DNA of 64,000 nucleotides. Source: Epiperipatus broadwayi (lineage: Eukaryota > Animalia > Onychophora). Below the pieces are notes generated by a model. The model was given only the letters and a program-made list of their open reading frames with translations. It had not been told where the DNA came from and did no database searches. Positions 23,750 through 37,260 of this stretch are shown here, one piece after another. Both the position numbers and the translations under genes were made by a program. The stretch covers positions 7,378,001 to 7,442,000 of the forward strand of contig JAQFVV010000010.1 of NCBI GenBank assembly GCA_028023455.1, read 5' to 3'. Each line of letters opens with the position of its first letter. Position 1 is the first letter of the stretch.

Positions 23750-25239
23750 CTAAAACAAAATATGTCCAATATAAAATATTAGATTTATCTATCTACATAT
23801 ACATATATACAAATACACACAAACTAGCATAAATAAATAAAGAATTAAATAATATATATACAAAAAAAAAAATAGCACAATAATTTAAGAAATAAATGTA
23901 AAAATTTTTAATGATAGAAGTACATATTGAAGAATGGATTTGATGTCTCACTGGTGATGCTTTTTCATTTATACAACAAACAAATCTGAAGGATATTTTG
24001 TATATTTTGTGTCATGTTTCAGGTGGGAGGAAGGACAAATAAAAAAAATACAAAACGTAAAAAGAAAAAAAATCATAATACAATAAACTTGCAAAATGAA
24101 ATAAAGAAACCAAAAAGAAGCATGATAACTTACCAAAATGAAAAATCCAAAAATGCAGCATAAAAGGAAATAAAGCTTTATCAGTTTTTAAAGTGATAAT
24201 TATTGCCAAACATAACAAACATCACAAAACAAAGAGAAGAAATAAGATTAGACAAAAATAAAAAACAAAAACAAACAAAATAAATAAACCGGGGTTGGTA
24301 AAATGGAATAACATCTATACATAAAACAACATCAATAAGCAGCTTTTTACATAAAGATGAGAAGAAGAGCAAAATTTAATAAATAAAGTTGTAAAACATT
24401 AAATTTATCACATGAAGTGCGAAGTGTAGGGAAATAAACCAATCATACACTAACATAATATTTTAAATGTTAAAATAAAGTATTTATGGTTGGTTCTTAT
24501 GTAATTTTTAAATTTAAATGATGTGATGGAAAAAATATAATTAATGTAATTCAATACGTGTAATTTATTTGAAAATGTAATAACTATTTGACTACTTAAT
24601 AAATTTTCAGAATGTTTTTGTAACATTCCAATATAATTATGAAAATTCTATTTTATGAATGTTCTCTGACCAAGCATTAATATATATGGTTGTGATAATT
24701 TGTCTATTTAACTGTTAATTATAATTCCTTTTATGCTGTTGTTTCTTAAATATTGCTAAATATCTTTTATATTCTAAGGAGTAGAGATAAAATTTTGGTA
24801 TCCATTTTTTTTTCACAACAGGTTTTCTCTTTTGTGAGATAACCCCCCCCCCCCAAGCAAAACAAAATCAACCCATCTGCAGTCTACTCTACAATGATTC
24901 CCTGCTGATAAAAATCACTGGCAGTTTTTATATCTAGCCTGGGAAATAATCTTAAACTATGGGTTAAGATGAAAATTATTTAATACCCATTCAATAAAAT
25001 CATGAGCTTTCTGTTCTAGATAAATCAGAGATTAAGGCAATTTGTCTTCCATTAATCATTCAGCTTTATTATCCTCAATACTTCAATCTTAAAAACTATT
25101 TTTCTTGTATGCATTGTAATATTGTAAACATATAAATTTGTACTATAACTCTCTTTAATCCACAAAATTAATCCTCCAATTAAAATGAGTATTTAGAAAT
25201 ACACTTCTTTCCACACTATACAAGATTTGTTATGTAAGC

Positions 25240-25606
25240 CAGGGGTCCCCAACCCTATGCCCGTGGGCACCATGGCGCCCGCAGACCATTTTACGTGTGC
25301 CTGCTGCTATCCGAACATGATAAAAAATTATTTATCTGATACAAATAAATTTAATTTTTAAAATTTCTTATAAATTATTGTATTATATTGTAATCAAATT
25401 GTAGAGCATACTATACTTTTACAGCGTAAAAATATAAACGTTAATTATATGTTACAATTTTATTTTTGAAATAAATATTTTTTGTACATCATGTGTATTA
25501 TTAACAATATCCAACTATAAATTTACATTGAAAAAATAAATGGTGCCCGCCACTTGGCCGGTATTATAGAATGTGCTCTTAAGTGCAAAAAGATTGGGGA
25601 CCCCTG
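25240..25606. mobile_element. hAT (Charlie-type) MITE, 367 bp
   Basis: TIRs CAGGGGTCCCCAA / TTGGGGACCCCTG and a perfect 8-bp TSD ATGTAAGC (25232-39, 25607-14). Confidence 0.92.
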
Positions 25607-28600
25607 ATGTAAGCATTCTCCATAGCAATTATCATAAAGTAAATTCTTTGCAAAACAGATATAGATTTATTATAATATCTTTCAACAAATGGCCCTGTCT
25701 TAATACTAAATAATATGATGTCATTGAAAGCAATAGTGACATTAATGCCAAAATAAATAAATTCATTACAGAATTAAAAACAAAAAAAAAACACTTGGAT
25801 TCTATAATAAACTACATCAGCTACAATATTGATTTACTTAATTTTTGTTTAAAATTTTCATAATATAATTGCAAAGACAATTATCAGAAAAGAAATAAAT
25901 CTTTATTCTTTATATAATTACAAAAAAGTTAACCATATAATGCACCAAAAATAAATTTTAAAATGCATATTTTATTAATTTGGGTGGGCGGGGGGGGGAT
26001 TATTTGGTTTAATTTTATTAGATGTGTTCCTATTACAATAAAATACTGGTGTCATTTGGAGTGGTATTTACATCATATGATGAAATTTATCTTAATTCTC
26101 AGCAAAAACATTCTTTTATTCACTTCATAATTATTTGAGTTAAAATTGATTACTTGGTCTATTTTTTAATTTAATGTATCAATCATTTCAATGGGGGTGT
26201 TGATGCTATTTGAAATAATACTACTACTGCAACTGATAAAATGTTTAAAATTTACAAAAAAGAGATAAAAAAGAAAATATCTTCTGTACACTTTTATTAA
26301 TAATCAGTTTATATGCTAAATTTATATGAAGTTTAATGAGTGATTAACAATATGCTTAGTTACGTTTATTCCTTAATCATTTACTGCTTTTCAATTTAAA
26401 ATTATTTTTTTAAATATAATATTCAAAATCTAAGGTGAATATAACTGTTTACTTTTTATGAGATTTTAATTTATTATTTTTGCGGAGCGCTATAAAAATA
26501 AATACTTATTTATATATATTTAAGTTTCACTTGAGAGTGACATTTAGTAAATTCTAGATAATTTCGTCGACGTCATTCATTCAGACATCGTAATCAGTAA
26601 TTTAAAGTGAGTGGTCTATACTCACGCTTTCACTTCCAGTACTTAAGATTTGCCCATATATAAGCATTTGGGTTGGAAAGAATAAGTGGATTCATTTTAT
26701 TCTTTCTTAAATACTATATCTCGTGCTGGGAGTGAAAGTATTCATTTATTATTAACACTCGTGAAAAGCGCATGCACAATAGCTTGAAAAGGCTGATCTT
26801 TAATGGAGAACATATTATGTAAATTATTTGAGTAAAAATGTATTGTCTTTCAAAATATCAATCACATGTTTCAGCAACTTGGCAAAAAAAAAACAATCTT
26901 ACCCCCCTCTTGAAATATTTCAAATATCCACCTAAAATGCATAATCCTGAAACTTGCATAATAATCTAAAGATTTCAAAATCAATGATAATATAAACATT
27001 TCTTTATTTCTTGATCTAGTATTAACATCAAAATATATTCAAACTTATAGAGAAACTTTAATTAATAATACATTTAATATCCTTTACACATACTTATTAA
27101 AAAAGTACATTTGACTTAAGACATAAATATATTTAAATTGAAGTAGAGGCATGCAATAAAAATAATAATAAAATATATCAATGTTCTTTGTTTACTAAAT
27201 GGAATATAAGTTCTGGTTTGAACTTCGAAGCATTACTTTTTCTTATTATGTGTAAATTTATTATATAAGTAAATTCATTTTAAAAATAAATATAATTGTG
27301 ATGAAAACATTCTGTCTGATTGAGATAATAATCAAAACACATCTTTACTATTGTACATATTATCTGGAAAAACTTAATAAAAGTATATAATTTTACAAAA
27401 TGCAGCAACTAATAAATATATTATATTCATTATTTTATAATTGAAAATTTTTATAAATATCATTTCTTAACTAAATAAAATTTAAAATATTTAATTCAAT
27501 TTTTTTACCAGTTAAATATAAATAGTGAACTTATTTGTTTATTTACCTTTCCTCACAATAATTTGATACAAATGTAAAATGCTTTACTTTTAAGTTTACC
27601 AAATCTTTAGATAATAACATAATTACAATTAAATGTAAGCATAAATTATTATTATTTTTTTACTCAAATGCACTATTAAATTTTAACACTTTTCTTGAGT
27701 TTAGTATTAATAACTTACAATCTAATTTAAAAATAGTTTTCACCAGCTTCACACATTTTTGAATTAAAAATATTTTGGATATCAATTGTTCCTGTCAGGA
27801 CAGTTTATTGTATCAAATAAATTCATTTAGAATAATTTTTAATTGATTACAGGTATTCTAAAGTATAAAAATTTATATTACTCTATTTCAAATAAATCAA
27901 ATAAGATTAAAATGCACCAAAATATTTTGAAAGCAATTATTAAACTATATAGAAAGATTGGAATATAAAAAAATAAATCACTTTATGATTGATAATCAAG
28001 AATTTAAGATTCTTTTATCATAAAAGCAAAACTAATAATCATAATTAGTAAACCTTCATAAATGAATATGACTAATCAAAGAAATAAGGAAAACAAAAAT
28101 AAGAGAAGATTGTAAACAAAAATGCTGTTCATGTAATTTAAATAATATAAATGTGGTTGCACAAATTCTATTACAATACTTAATACAGAAATGACCAGTA
28201 GCATGAGAAGTTATTAATGGAGGCCTTAGTTAACTTAAGTGAATGAAGATATTGAGGTTTAAAAAAAGGACAATGATATTAAAATGTGCTCTTTAAATGC
28301 TTGCCTTAATTGCAAAAAAAAAAAAAAAAAGTTAGCTTTAATCTCCAGCCTTTATAAATAATGAATATTAAAAGGTTTTATCCATTCTGTGGGGTTCATA
28401 AAAATTAATAAATATCCTCAGTTAGCTATACACTCATTTGGAAACATATATCCAATAAAAATATTTGCAAATGTAAATATTCTTTAAATGGGAAAAAACA
28501 ATAAAATGCTATCACAATTTATTGCAAGTATGCAATTGACTAGAAGTTCTCAAAATTGTAGTTTTCTTTAACCAATTGGATGAACACATTATAAATAGAT

Positions 28601-31509
28601 TGTAAAACAAACAGGGAAGAAAAATAACAGATAAATAGTATAGTATGAGTAAAAAAAAACTATAAATGTAATTGTGAATAACATATATTTTAGAAGCTAT
28701 ATAAAAATTGATTGACTAATATATTTAAGGTGCTTGAAAAAAAGCAGATGGTACATATCCCACTCTTCCCTATTTTCCAATTAAAACAACTTAAGCTCAT
28801 TTTTAATGACTTTAAAAAATTCAAATGCAATTACATAATTAAAAAGAAATCAGAAATTTTTAAAAAAATGTGAAAATAAAAATATTAATTAAGGTAAAAA
28901 ATATTTATACTTTAGTACTGTTTTACTGAGTTATTTATTTTTAATTTCAATATCTCCTATTTCATAACTTACAAGCATGTGTGTTGTGAAATCTGAACTG
29001 GGTTCTTTCTCAATTTAAGGAACTGTCTTGACTGAAATACAGGAAATAGGCAAGACAGCTAGGTTTGTTTTCTTTATCAGTCCTACCAGCAGCTACCTCT
29101 ATTTCAGTTAGTTAAAGTCTGCCAGATTTAAAAAAAAAAAATACTAATAGCAGCTTTTTAATTTGACTTTGAAATGTGATTACATTGTATGGAGATCTTT
29201 AAAAAAAATTAAAAAAAAAAAAATTATAAACAAAGATTCAGTTTTACAAAATATCCTTAAAGAATGAATAAACATTATTCATCTTTAAAAAAAAAATCAA
29301 ATCGTTATTTGCTTGGGAGGCCATACAACATTTGGGCATTAGAAGTGACAGGTTGAGTTTCATTAGATCTAGGGAGTTCACCACTCCACTAATGATAAAT
29401 AAATAGTTTCCACCAATAAGTACATATAAACAAGAAGATTTTAAATTTATACACTCATATTTCAATTACTAGGTTATTTCTCTAAGATATTTTTCTCAGT
29501 TTATTTTCTTGATCTTTGTTTTAATTTACCAAATAAATTAAAAAAAAAAATCCCCTTATGGTCTTACAAATAAAAACTTAACACAGAACTTTAATATTTC
29601 CTTAAAAAACGAATAAAATATATATATCAGTCTGAATAAAAATAAAAGCAAGACAATACAAAGTAATAAAAAAATTATTTAGAAGAAAAAAATACAATGA
29701 ATTTAAAATTAAAGACACAATCAAAAGCATATAGATAAAAAATAGCATATTGCAGGATAAAGGCCTCTAAAAATATCTTCAATAAAAAATGAAAATGTTA
29801 CTCACCAGGTTTACTAATTGCTGAGTATTAATGGCTTGAGTGGTTTTCCTTTCTTATTTTACCTTTTGGTTAATAACAACTGACTATCCATTTATTTACT
29901 GACTAATATCCATTAGTTAGCTAATTGACTATGAACCAGTAAATCTTATGTCTGATTGGAGCACACAAAAAAGTTTCCAAGTTTATCAAGTCAGGATTCA
30001 AATGCAGAATAATTATAATATATTACTTGGTCATACTATTATTACAAGGAGGCCCTTTACATAGATGCACGAGAATAAATAAACAAAAATACTGAAATTT
30101 CTTCTTCCTTAGTCACATGTCCATCACCCAAATAAATACAAAACCCATAACTTCTCTAAGAAAAAAATAAATAATGTTTGAGTACTAAAGCACAATTTTC
30201 CTAAGTCAGGTACTTTTACTAATGGTCTGAGCAATTACACATCAAAATAATGGACAATTTATAAGAATAAAATCATAACATGTAGAGGTACAGAAAAAAT
30301 AGCAACATTAAATCAGTTATTTTTTTAGCTGCTTACATTATATAATCCATATGCTGTTTGATAATCAAAATATTTAATATCTATATAAGCAGAGGGAACA
30401 ATTTGAAAATATATTGTGCAATGATGTAAAAAAATTTTTACATCTTGAAAAATATTGTCTAATTAATGCCCTTAAATTTCAAGTATACAATGACAGAAAT
30501 TGGGGGGAAATATTAATAACTACCTACATGTGGTTTGATCCAAACAGATATCTTCAATTAGATCATACCATATGTTATTCCTCAAATGTCACATATCATT
30601 GCTTTGTATTTATTTGATGTATGCTGGATAAATTTACTTTATAAATATCATTTTAGAAATGTTCACTCGTCAATAAATACACAAATGTAAATTATTAAAG
30701 TATAATTACAATTCATTTCTATATTAATGAATATTTAATAAATTTATTGTATATAATGTAGTACTAAATTTACTCACAAAATAAATGGTTCCTTTTTATA
30801 AATGAATTAGAACACTATCTGTTTAAATTTAAACAAAAAGTGGTTTATTTTATTTTTTAATTATTATTATTTTACAATGCTGTCCTTGTATTTATTTTTT
30901 ACAATACCTTATTTCACATTACTAGACAATGATGACATCTAAGCTAGATTTAAATTATATAAATAACCAAAATTTTACAATGACATGCAACATATAGCAA
31001 ATATTATGTTTAATAGATGATGTTTATAAAAGATTTATTGATCAAAAGTATAATTCTTAGAAACTGTATTTTCAATTTTTCATATAAAAATTAAACAAAT
31101 GAAAAAAATTCACTGGAGTATGCTGGATTTTAGTCAATGTCAATACATATATAAACTTGAAATATGAATATATTTAACATAACTACACTTTTTCTTACAA
31201 ATCCTATTTTATTAATGAAAAGATTTTATATAATCAATATTAATATTAATATTACAATGAAAATATCTAACAAATATATATTATAGACATTAAACTGATT
31301 GACAGACACACGTTAAAGAGTACACAGCACAATATTTTATAAGGTTTTTCTACTGTGATTAATCAGAGAGAAATATGTTTTTTTTCTCTTATTAAGTCAT
31401 AATTAAAAAGGGTGATGCCTCACAGTAGCACAATAGTATTTTTCTGTTTTTAAAGTTAGCACACTGCCACTCATCTGGCCAATCAAATTAGGACTATTAT
31501 TCCCAAAAT

Positions 31510-31659
31510 CAATAGTCGGCAACTTTTTAAAATATGAATCCATTGAAATATCAGTTTATTTTATTATAAGCTTAGTTGTCTGGAAAGCTATTTGTTGTTT
31601 ATCCCAAAACTATTGACAGGTTACTAAGTAACTCGAGAATCAAAGGTCGCCAATCACTG
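31510..31659. mobile_element. Possible old hAT MITE
   Basis: Degenerate ends CAATAGTCGGCAAC / GGTCGCCAATCACTG resemble hAT TIRs. No TSD is preserved. Confidence 0.33.
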
Positions 31660-33759
31660 CAATGATTAATAAAATTTAGATACCTATTTACCAAGCAATA
31701 ATGGAAATTTAGATGGATTGTCTATAAACAGACTACTTTAAAAAAATCCTTAATTTAGTTGAATTTCCAAGAATCAATAATCCAGACTGGAACCTCAGAT
31801 TATGAACACAGCAGATGAAAACATTAACCATCATACCAATAAAACTTTTCTAATTTAATAGACACTCAATATTATTAAAACAATGAAGTTTCTTTCAATA
31901 AAAAAATAATTTATATATTTAATAAAAAATATACTACAGTATTATTTTTGAGATATTTTTTTGCTATCTGATCTTATTCATAAAATAGAAGCCATAATTA
32001 TAACCCAATTTCACATTAGAGTTTAATGTAGTAAACAAAATATCATTTCGATAATGATGGAGTGTTATGACAATTACAGAATGTGAGAGTAATAATGAAT
32101 TTTTAAAAACTAGAGTTTTAAAGAAAAAAAATGCTGATGTTAAAACCATCCAATGTAAAATAATCATAAACAGCACTATAAATAAAAATTTGTCTACACT
32201 GTTAATCTATATAGCACAAACTCTCAATATAATCATCTTCTTCAATCCACTTTTCTTCAAAAATGTACCAATTATCTTTATTCTTAAAATTACCACATCA
32301 AATTTTCAACTTTTTGTACTTATGCATGCTCCCTCCTAATTTTTCCTCATTAATTTCTCCATCTCTTCTTAATTTAGTCAATAAATTGCCCCTTCTTCAT
32401 TCACATATTTGAATTTTTCAAAAAATTTTGTTTATTCATAGTAATAATTATATAAGAATTATAAAACATCATATACTTTTCTCAGTGTATATTCAACATT
32501 CTTTTGTGAGCCATATTCACTCTAATTTCTCTACTACAGTTATCTATTGTGAGCCTGAATAATAAATATATACGATATGTAATGTTTGAATGTATTTCTA
32601 ATACTAATTTCTGGCTAATGGTCTTCATCGGTGAGTTTTTAGTTTACTTGCACTTAGGACATCTATCATCCACCCTTGAATTTTATACTATCAAAATAAT
32701 AGTTTAAAATTCAATAACAATCTAAGGTTTAAATCCTAGCTAACTTGTTTGTGTGTATATATAGATCTGATGCTAAGCCAGTAGCTACATATTTTAGTAA
32801 CTTCAGTTAAACTGGCTACTACAGTGAAAATGAAGAATGGAGATTTGAATAAAGCACTAATATTTACAAGACTAGATTACTCAAGCTTACAATAAATAGC
32901 CCTTGGATAAAAAAATAAAGAGTTAAAAATGTTCTATACAATTATAAAAAAACGAATTCTGCTAATAAAAATCTCACTATGTCTATAAAAACTATTTCTC
33001 ATATTCATTTCAGATAATAAATTTCTATAAACCATATCAAATTTTTATATAGGTCTCTCAATTACTGTGAATAATTATTTTCCACCTTACTTTATTGATT
33101 TATAAATATATATCAGAGATCATTTTTTTATAATAAAATCAACAAAAGATAAACTTTATTAATAAATAGCATACAATTGAAATGGAATTACTAATGATCA
33201 AATATTGCTTTATCATAGAAATACAATACTAAAACTTATACAAATAATCCATTTTTGAGTCTGAAAAGTTTGTGGTTGTATATTTTCACCAGTTATTTCC
33301 CAAAAGGATCAATATATTATAATGGTCAGGGTGATCTGGAAGTTGGAGTCTTACCATATCCGCCATACAGGGCACCACCAAGCCATTCGAACCTGGAAAA
33401 TTTATAGAGTAGGCAGATACGCGCTGTTAAGATCTAACTTTTACATATATATTTTATTCCGACCGTCAGCCCATGCCACTAGCTCATGGAGACGCAGAGA
33501 TTTAATATAAAACTTGCTTAAAATAAATATATTAATATTTAAAAAATAAAAATAAAGCCACTGCCAGTAATTAACACACAAACATTTATTAACGCACATA
33601 TAAATAAAATTGAGGAATAAAATTTATTTTTTAGATTTTAATATTAAATTTTTTAAAATTTAAATTATTATTTTTAAACAGTCCACACAGATGGACGTTT
33701 TAGTAAATTTTACTTTAGAATGTTGAGTATAGATAGGCTACATAGATTACTCAGTTAAA

Positions 33760-33823
33760 AACTTTTCAAAACAATCGTTCGATCTCAGACTAACTTTTCA
33801 AAACAATCGTTCGATCTCAGACT
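33760..33823 (+). repeat. Perfect 32-bp tandem duplication
   Basis: AACTTTTCAAAACAATCGTTCGATCTCAGACT occurs twice. Confidence 0.95.
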
Positions 33824-33869
33824 AAAAGTTCGTAGCCAAACCAACGCCTGCTTCCAGATATATAGTCGC

Positions 33870-34200
33870 AACCAATGCAATATGAAGATGCTAGCATAAA
33901 ACCATACTGATAGGAATGTGCATCTGACAGCGTGATATTATTTGAGGGACATGATCCTCATCCAGTACAGGAATGTGAGTCTGTCTGGCGAAGGAATCAT
34001 GTATATAAAATAATTTAAAAAAATATGCTACGTATGGTCTTACTGCCGACTTATAGTCCCCATCCATAGAGCTAAAAAGAGGTCAATGGTGCATGAAATA
34101 TGTCTGCGTCCATTGCAACGCAATGACTACATCTTTGGGTCAATCATTCAATTGGGCTTTGCCCTGTATGCTAAACACGCTTCACATTACATTGATATAA
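33870..34200 (+). mobile_element. Possible IS630/Tc1/mariner-superfamily transposase relic
   Basis: Broken frames give DSVILFEGHDPH...MVLLPTYSP / PSIEL, resembling the DNAPYH...LPPYSPxLNPIE catalytic region. Confidence 0.35.
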
Positions 34201-34719
34201 ATGCCCATATATCCCTCCACCAGCATCGACCTAACTATGAGACAAATAGTCTGAAATTAAAACCCATTCAAAATAAGCATAAACGATTAAAATATAAAGC
34301 CATTGATGGAATTGCAGAGGGAAATTTACAAGAAACCCAATGGCATTCATCATAAGATGCCACATTGACACCAATAACTTAAAAGATATTCGAATAAATA
34401 CATTTTTAGATACTCAAACATGAGGTATCGTATTTACCAAATATCTATATATTTTAATCAATATGAAAATAAAAAAACAATTAAACGTTAACAAATCTAT
34501 GCAGTCATCTATACCAAACTTAAATTTAATGCATTTAAATAATTTAGTCAATAAAAAAAAAAAAAATGAAAATGATTAAATCAGCAAACTTAAAATATTT
34601 AAAATTAAACATCAATAATTGATTTTGAAATCTTAAGTCAGATTAAAATTCATTTTAAAAATTAGGTTTAGCTTGTCAAATCTTAACGAAAGTTCTTAAT
34701 TAATTTTTTAAAAATTTTT

Positions 34720-35190
34720 CAGTTCATGTCTTACAGTAGAAGAGTTCCTGGTTCATGCTGCCAATTCCTGCAAAGACTTTATTAGTTAGAATTTCATGGA
34801 AGACTGGTCTGTTGTTCATATCGTAGTTCTCAATCCGGAGGCTGCCTTAGCTAATTCCATCCTGGTACTATTTAATTGCAGTACCCATATCATTCGGGGT
34901 CTGCAACAGTACCATTCATAATTCAACAATCATTTCATTTGAAAGAAGTGAGTGTGACAAGTGCATCTTATCACCCCTCTCAAAAAAAATCAAGCTGGAA
35001 CTGTTCTTAATTTGGGTATTTTTCTTTTTATAGTAATCCTCCGGATTCATTGAACATAGTTTCCTGTTCCAATCATTTTCATTAAGGTCCGAGCATTGGT
35101 TTGCTCCTTCTATTGGACATCTAATTTTTTTTGTTCTCTTATCTATATCTTTCATCTGACTTTTTTATATAAGAGCCCCAAGGGCTAGTT
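34720..35190 (-). mobile_element. RTE-like LINE 3' remnant
   Basis: Degenerate RTE C-terminal pattern in mixed frames. Boundaries approximate. Confidence 0.5.
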
Positions 35191-35949
35191 TGCTTTTCAT
35201 TTAATCTATAAAACAATCATTTCCATTTATTGAAATTACATAGGAATCTTTTTAACAAAAATATTTTAGCTTTAGATCTGGTACTTTTTTTTATAAACAA
35301 GTACGTTCAAATACTTTTTATTTTATTTTAAAAAGAAAATAATACTTTTAAAGTTTTCATTCCGTTTGTGCGATATATTATATATGTTAAACAACTTTTA
35401 TTTTTCAGTTTTTAAGTTAAGTTTTTTTCTTTTTACTTAATCAATTTTTATTTATAATCTTTTTATTTTAATTTAAAACAATGTAACGGCATATTATATA
35501 CCATTACAATATACATCTAATGAGGCCTGACTCTATGAAGAAACCGGGTAACACCATTTACTATCATAAATAGGAAATATATTTTTCTTATAACAAGTAA
35601 TAAGGGCAAAAAACAAAAACAAAACAACAACCTTCAAACAAACAAATTAATACAAAAAACATTGTATCTAAAGCCGTCAATCTAAATCTAAATAAATGTA
35701 ATAATTTTTAAGGCACTTAAATAGTGATATATATTATGTATATTTTGCTGAAAATTCACTAAGTTATACCAAATTATTGATAAATGCTATAACAATTATT
35801 TATAAAAGTACCTTCTGGAAATCACATTAATAACATACTCTGAATGACACATACCATTTGAGTTTTCAGGCTATTCAAATATAAATGATAAATCCATCTA
35901 TCTCAATGCTCTTTGCTTTCCTTTTCCTTCAATGTCAACTTTACTGAAC

Positions 35950-36340
35950 ATTTTATACTTTTCTAATAAATTAAATCAACTCATATGATCTACATAAGAC
36001 AATTTTAACATATTTATTTGTGCATCAAATGATTGTTTAATTAGATTAAACATGCATCACTTGTTAATTTTTCCTTACTTTTCATGGTATTCTCAAAATT
36101 TTTTGTTCCAAAGCTGCAATACTTTTTCCATCTTTCTTTCTTCAACATCAAATATTCATAACTACAGAGAATCTACAGGAAATATAATAGCTTGAACAAT
36201 TTTGATCATTTTTAAAATTACGTCTATATATTTAAAAATCTGGTACTTTGGTATTAGACTTACAACATGGAAGAGATAGGTCTTTTCACATCCGCAATGA
36301 ATGTGTAATCTTGTGTTGATGTCAAATAATCCCTGCTATG
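35950..36340 (-). mobile_element. RTE-like LINE remnant
   Basis: KIVQAIIFPV...LWNKKF resembles the RTE 'LVxALVFPVxxYGCExW...EMWCWR' region. Confidence 0.5.
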
Positions 36341-36996
36341 TTATTCTATCTCGTGTGAAAATGTTTTTAATCTTTATCAACAGATCTTTTTTTTTTTTTT
36401 TTGTAATATTGCAACATTTTCAGTTATTGTCCAGATTTCTCTCTAACAACAGGATAAATATTTAATAAAAGTTTTACAATAATTTATATTTCTTTCTTTT
36501 TGTATATATTTTTTTGTTTCCTTTCTTTAAAAAAAAATGTTTATTAGCATTTCCCCGGTGAATCACGGCATACTTTGTGCAATCACGTGTTCAATAAAAA
36601 TCCATTTTGGGAGGAAAATTTTCAGTTCAAATCTCCACTTTATGTTGTTAGAAGTAAATATCAAATTTCTGGCTTCAACCCAATTCCTGTTATATGTGTG
36701 TATTTTATGTGTTTTTGTAAATAATATTTTAAAAAGTTATAATTTAGTGATTGTTTTGTGCATATTTAAAGTAACACTTTTTTGCATAATGGCGTCATTT
36801 ACTTAAGATCGCAAATCAATTTTTTTTTGGTTTAAAATGTTTTTAATATTGATTTATATATTGTTATACATTAAGTTGTTAGTGTGAAAGTCGTATAAAT
36901 TTCTTTTAAAGTGCTGTTTTTAATATCCATTTGTTTCTCAAAATTTGTTTTAAAATGTGGTTTTTATTATTATACTTTTAGTTATTTTTATTAATC

Positions 36997-37260
36997 CTGC
37001 AACACAGAGCATGTATTAGACTTGCTGCGCCTTTTCACATTAGTATCATCAACCTGCCGCAAACTTTGTAAATCTTGCGAAAATATCATGTATAAGATCT
37101 GTGTACATGTTACTATATTTTTTTGCAAATTTTGCAAAAAATATCATGTACAAGATCTTTGTACACGTTATTCTGGTCAGATCATAAGATTATAAAGTTA
37201 TCAGCGGATTAATATGAATGTGAGAGGTGCAGCAAGTCTAATACATACTCCATGTTGCAG
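36997..37260. repeat. MITE-like element with ~45-bp inverted arms and internal direct repeats
   Basis: CTGCAACACAGAGCATGTATTAGACTTGCTGCGCCTTTTCACATT pairs with AATGTGAGAGGTGCAGCAAGTCTAATACATACTCCATGTTGCAG. Confidence 0.65.

Noticed and set aside
23935-23995. TGATG...CTGA, possible C/D-box snoRNA
   Set aside because: Imperfect box C, no terminal stem, and antisense to the host gene.
24705-24745. 15-bp match (TAAAAGGAATTATAA, minus strand) to the family A copy 2 flank
   Set aside because: No arm or HHR sequence is adjacent. Probably chance in AT-rich DNA, although it slightly weakens the reading of the 17-mer as a pure TSD.
32600-32830. Apparent similarity to 58890-59050 as a SINE family
   Set aside because: Only a short GGTTTAAATC core is shared; there is no extended alignment.
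33760-33823. Direct repeats as a possible CRISPR array
   Set aside because: Two adjacent units with no spacer, in a eukaryotic intron.
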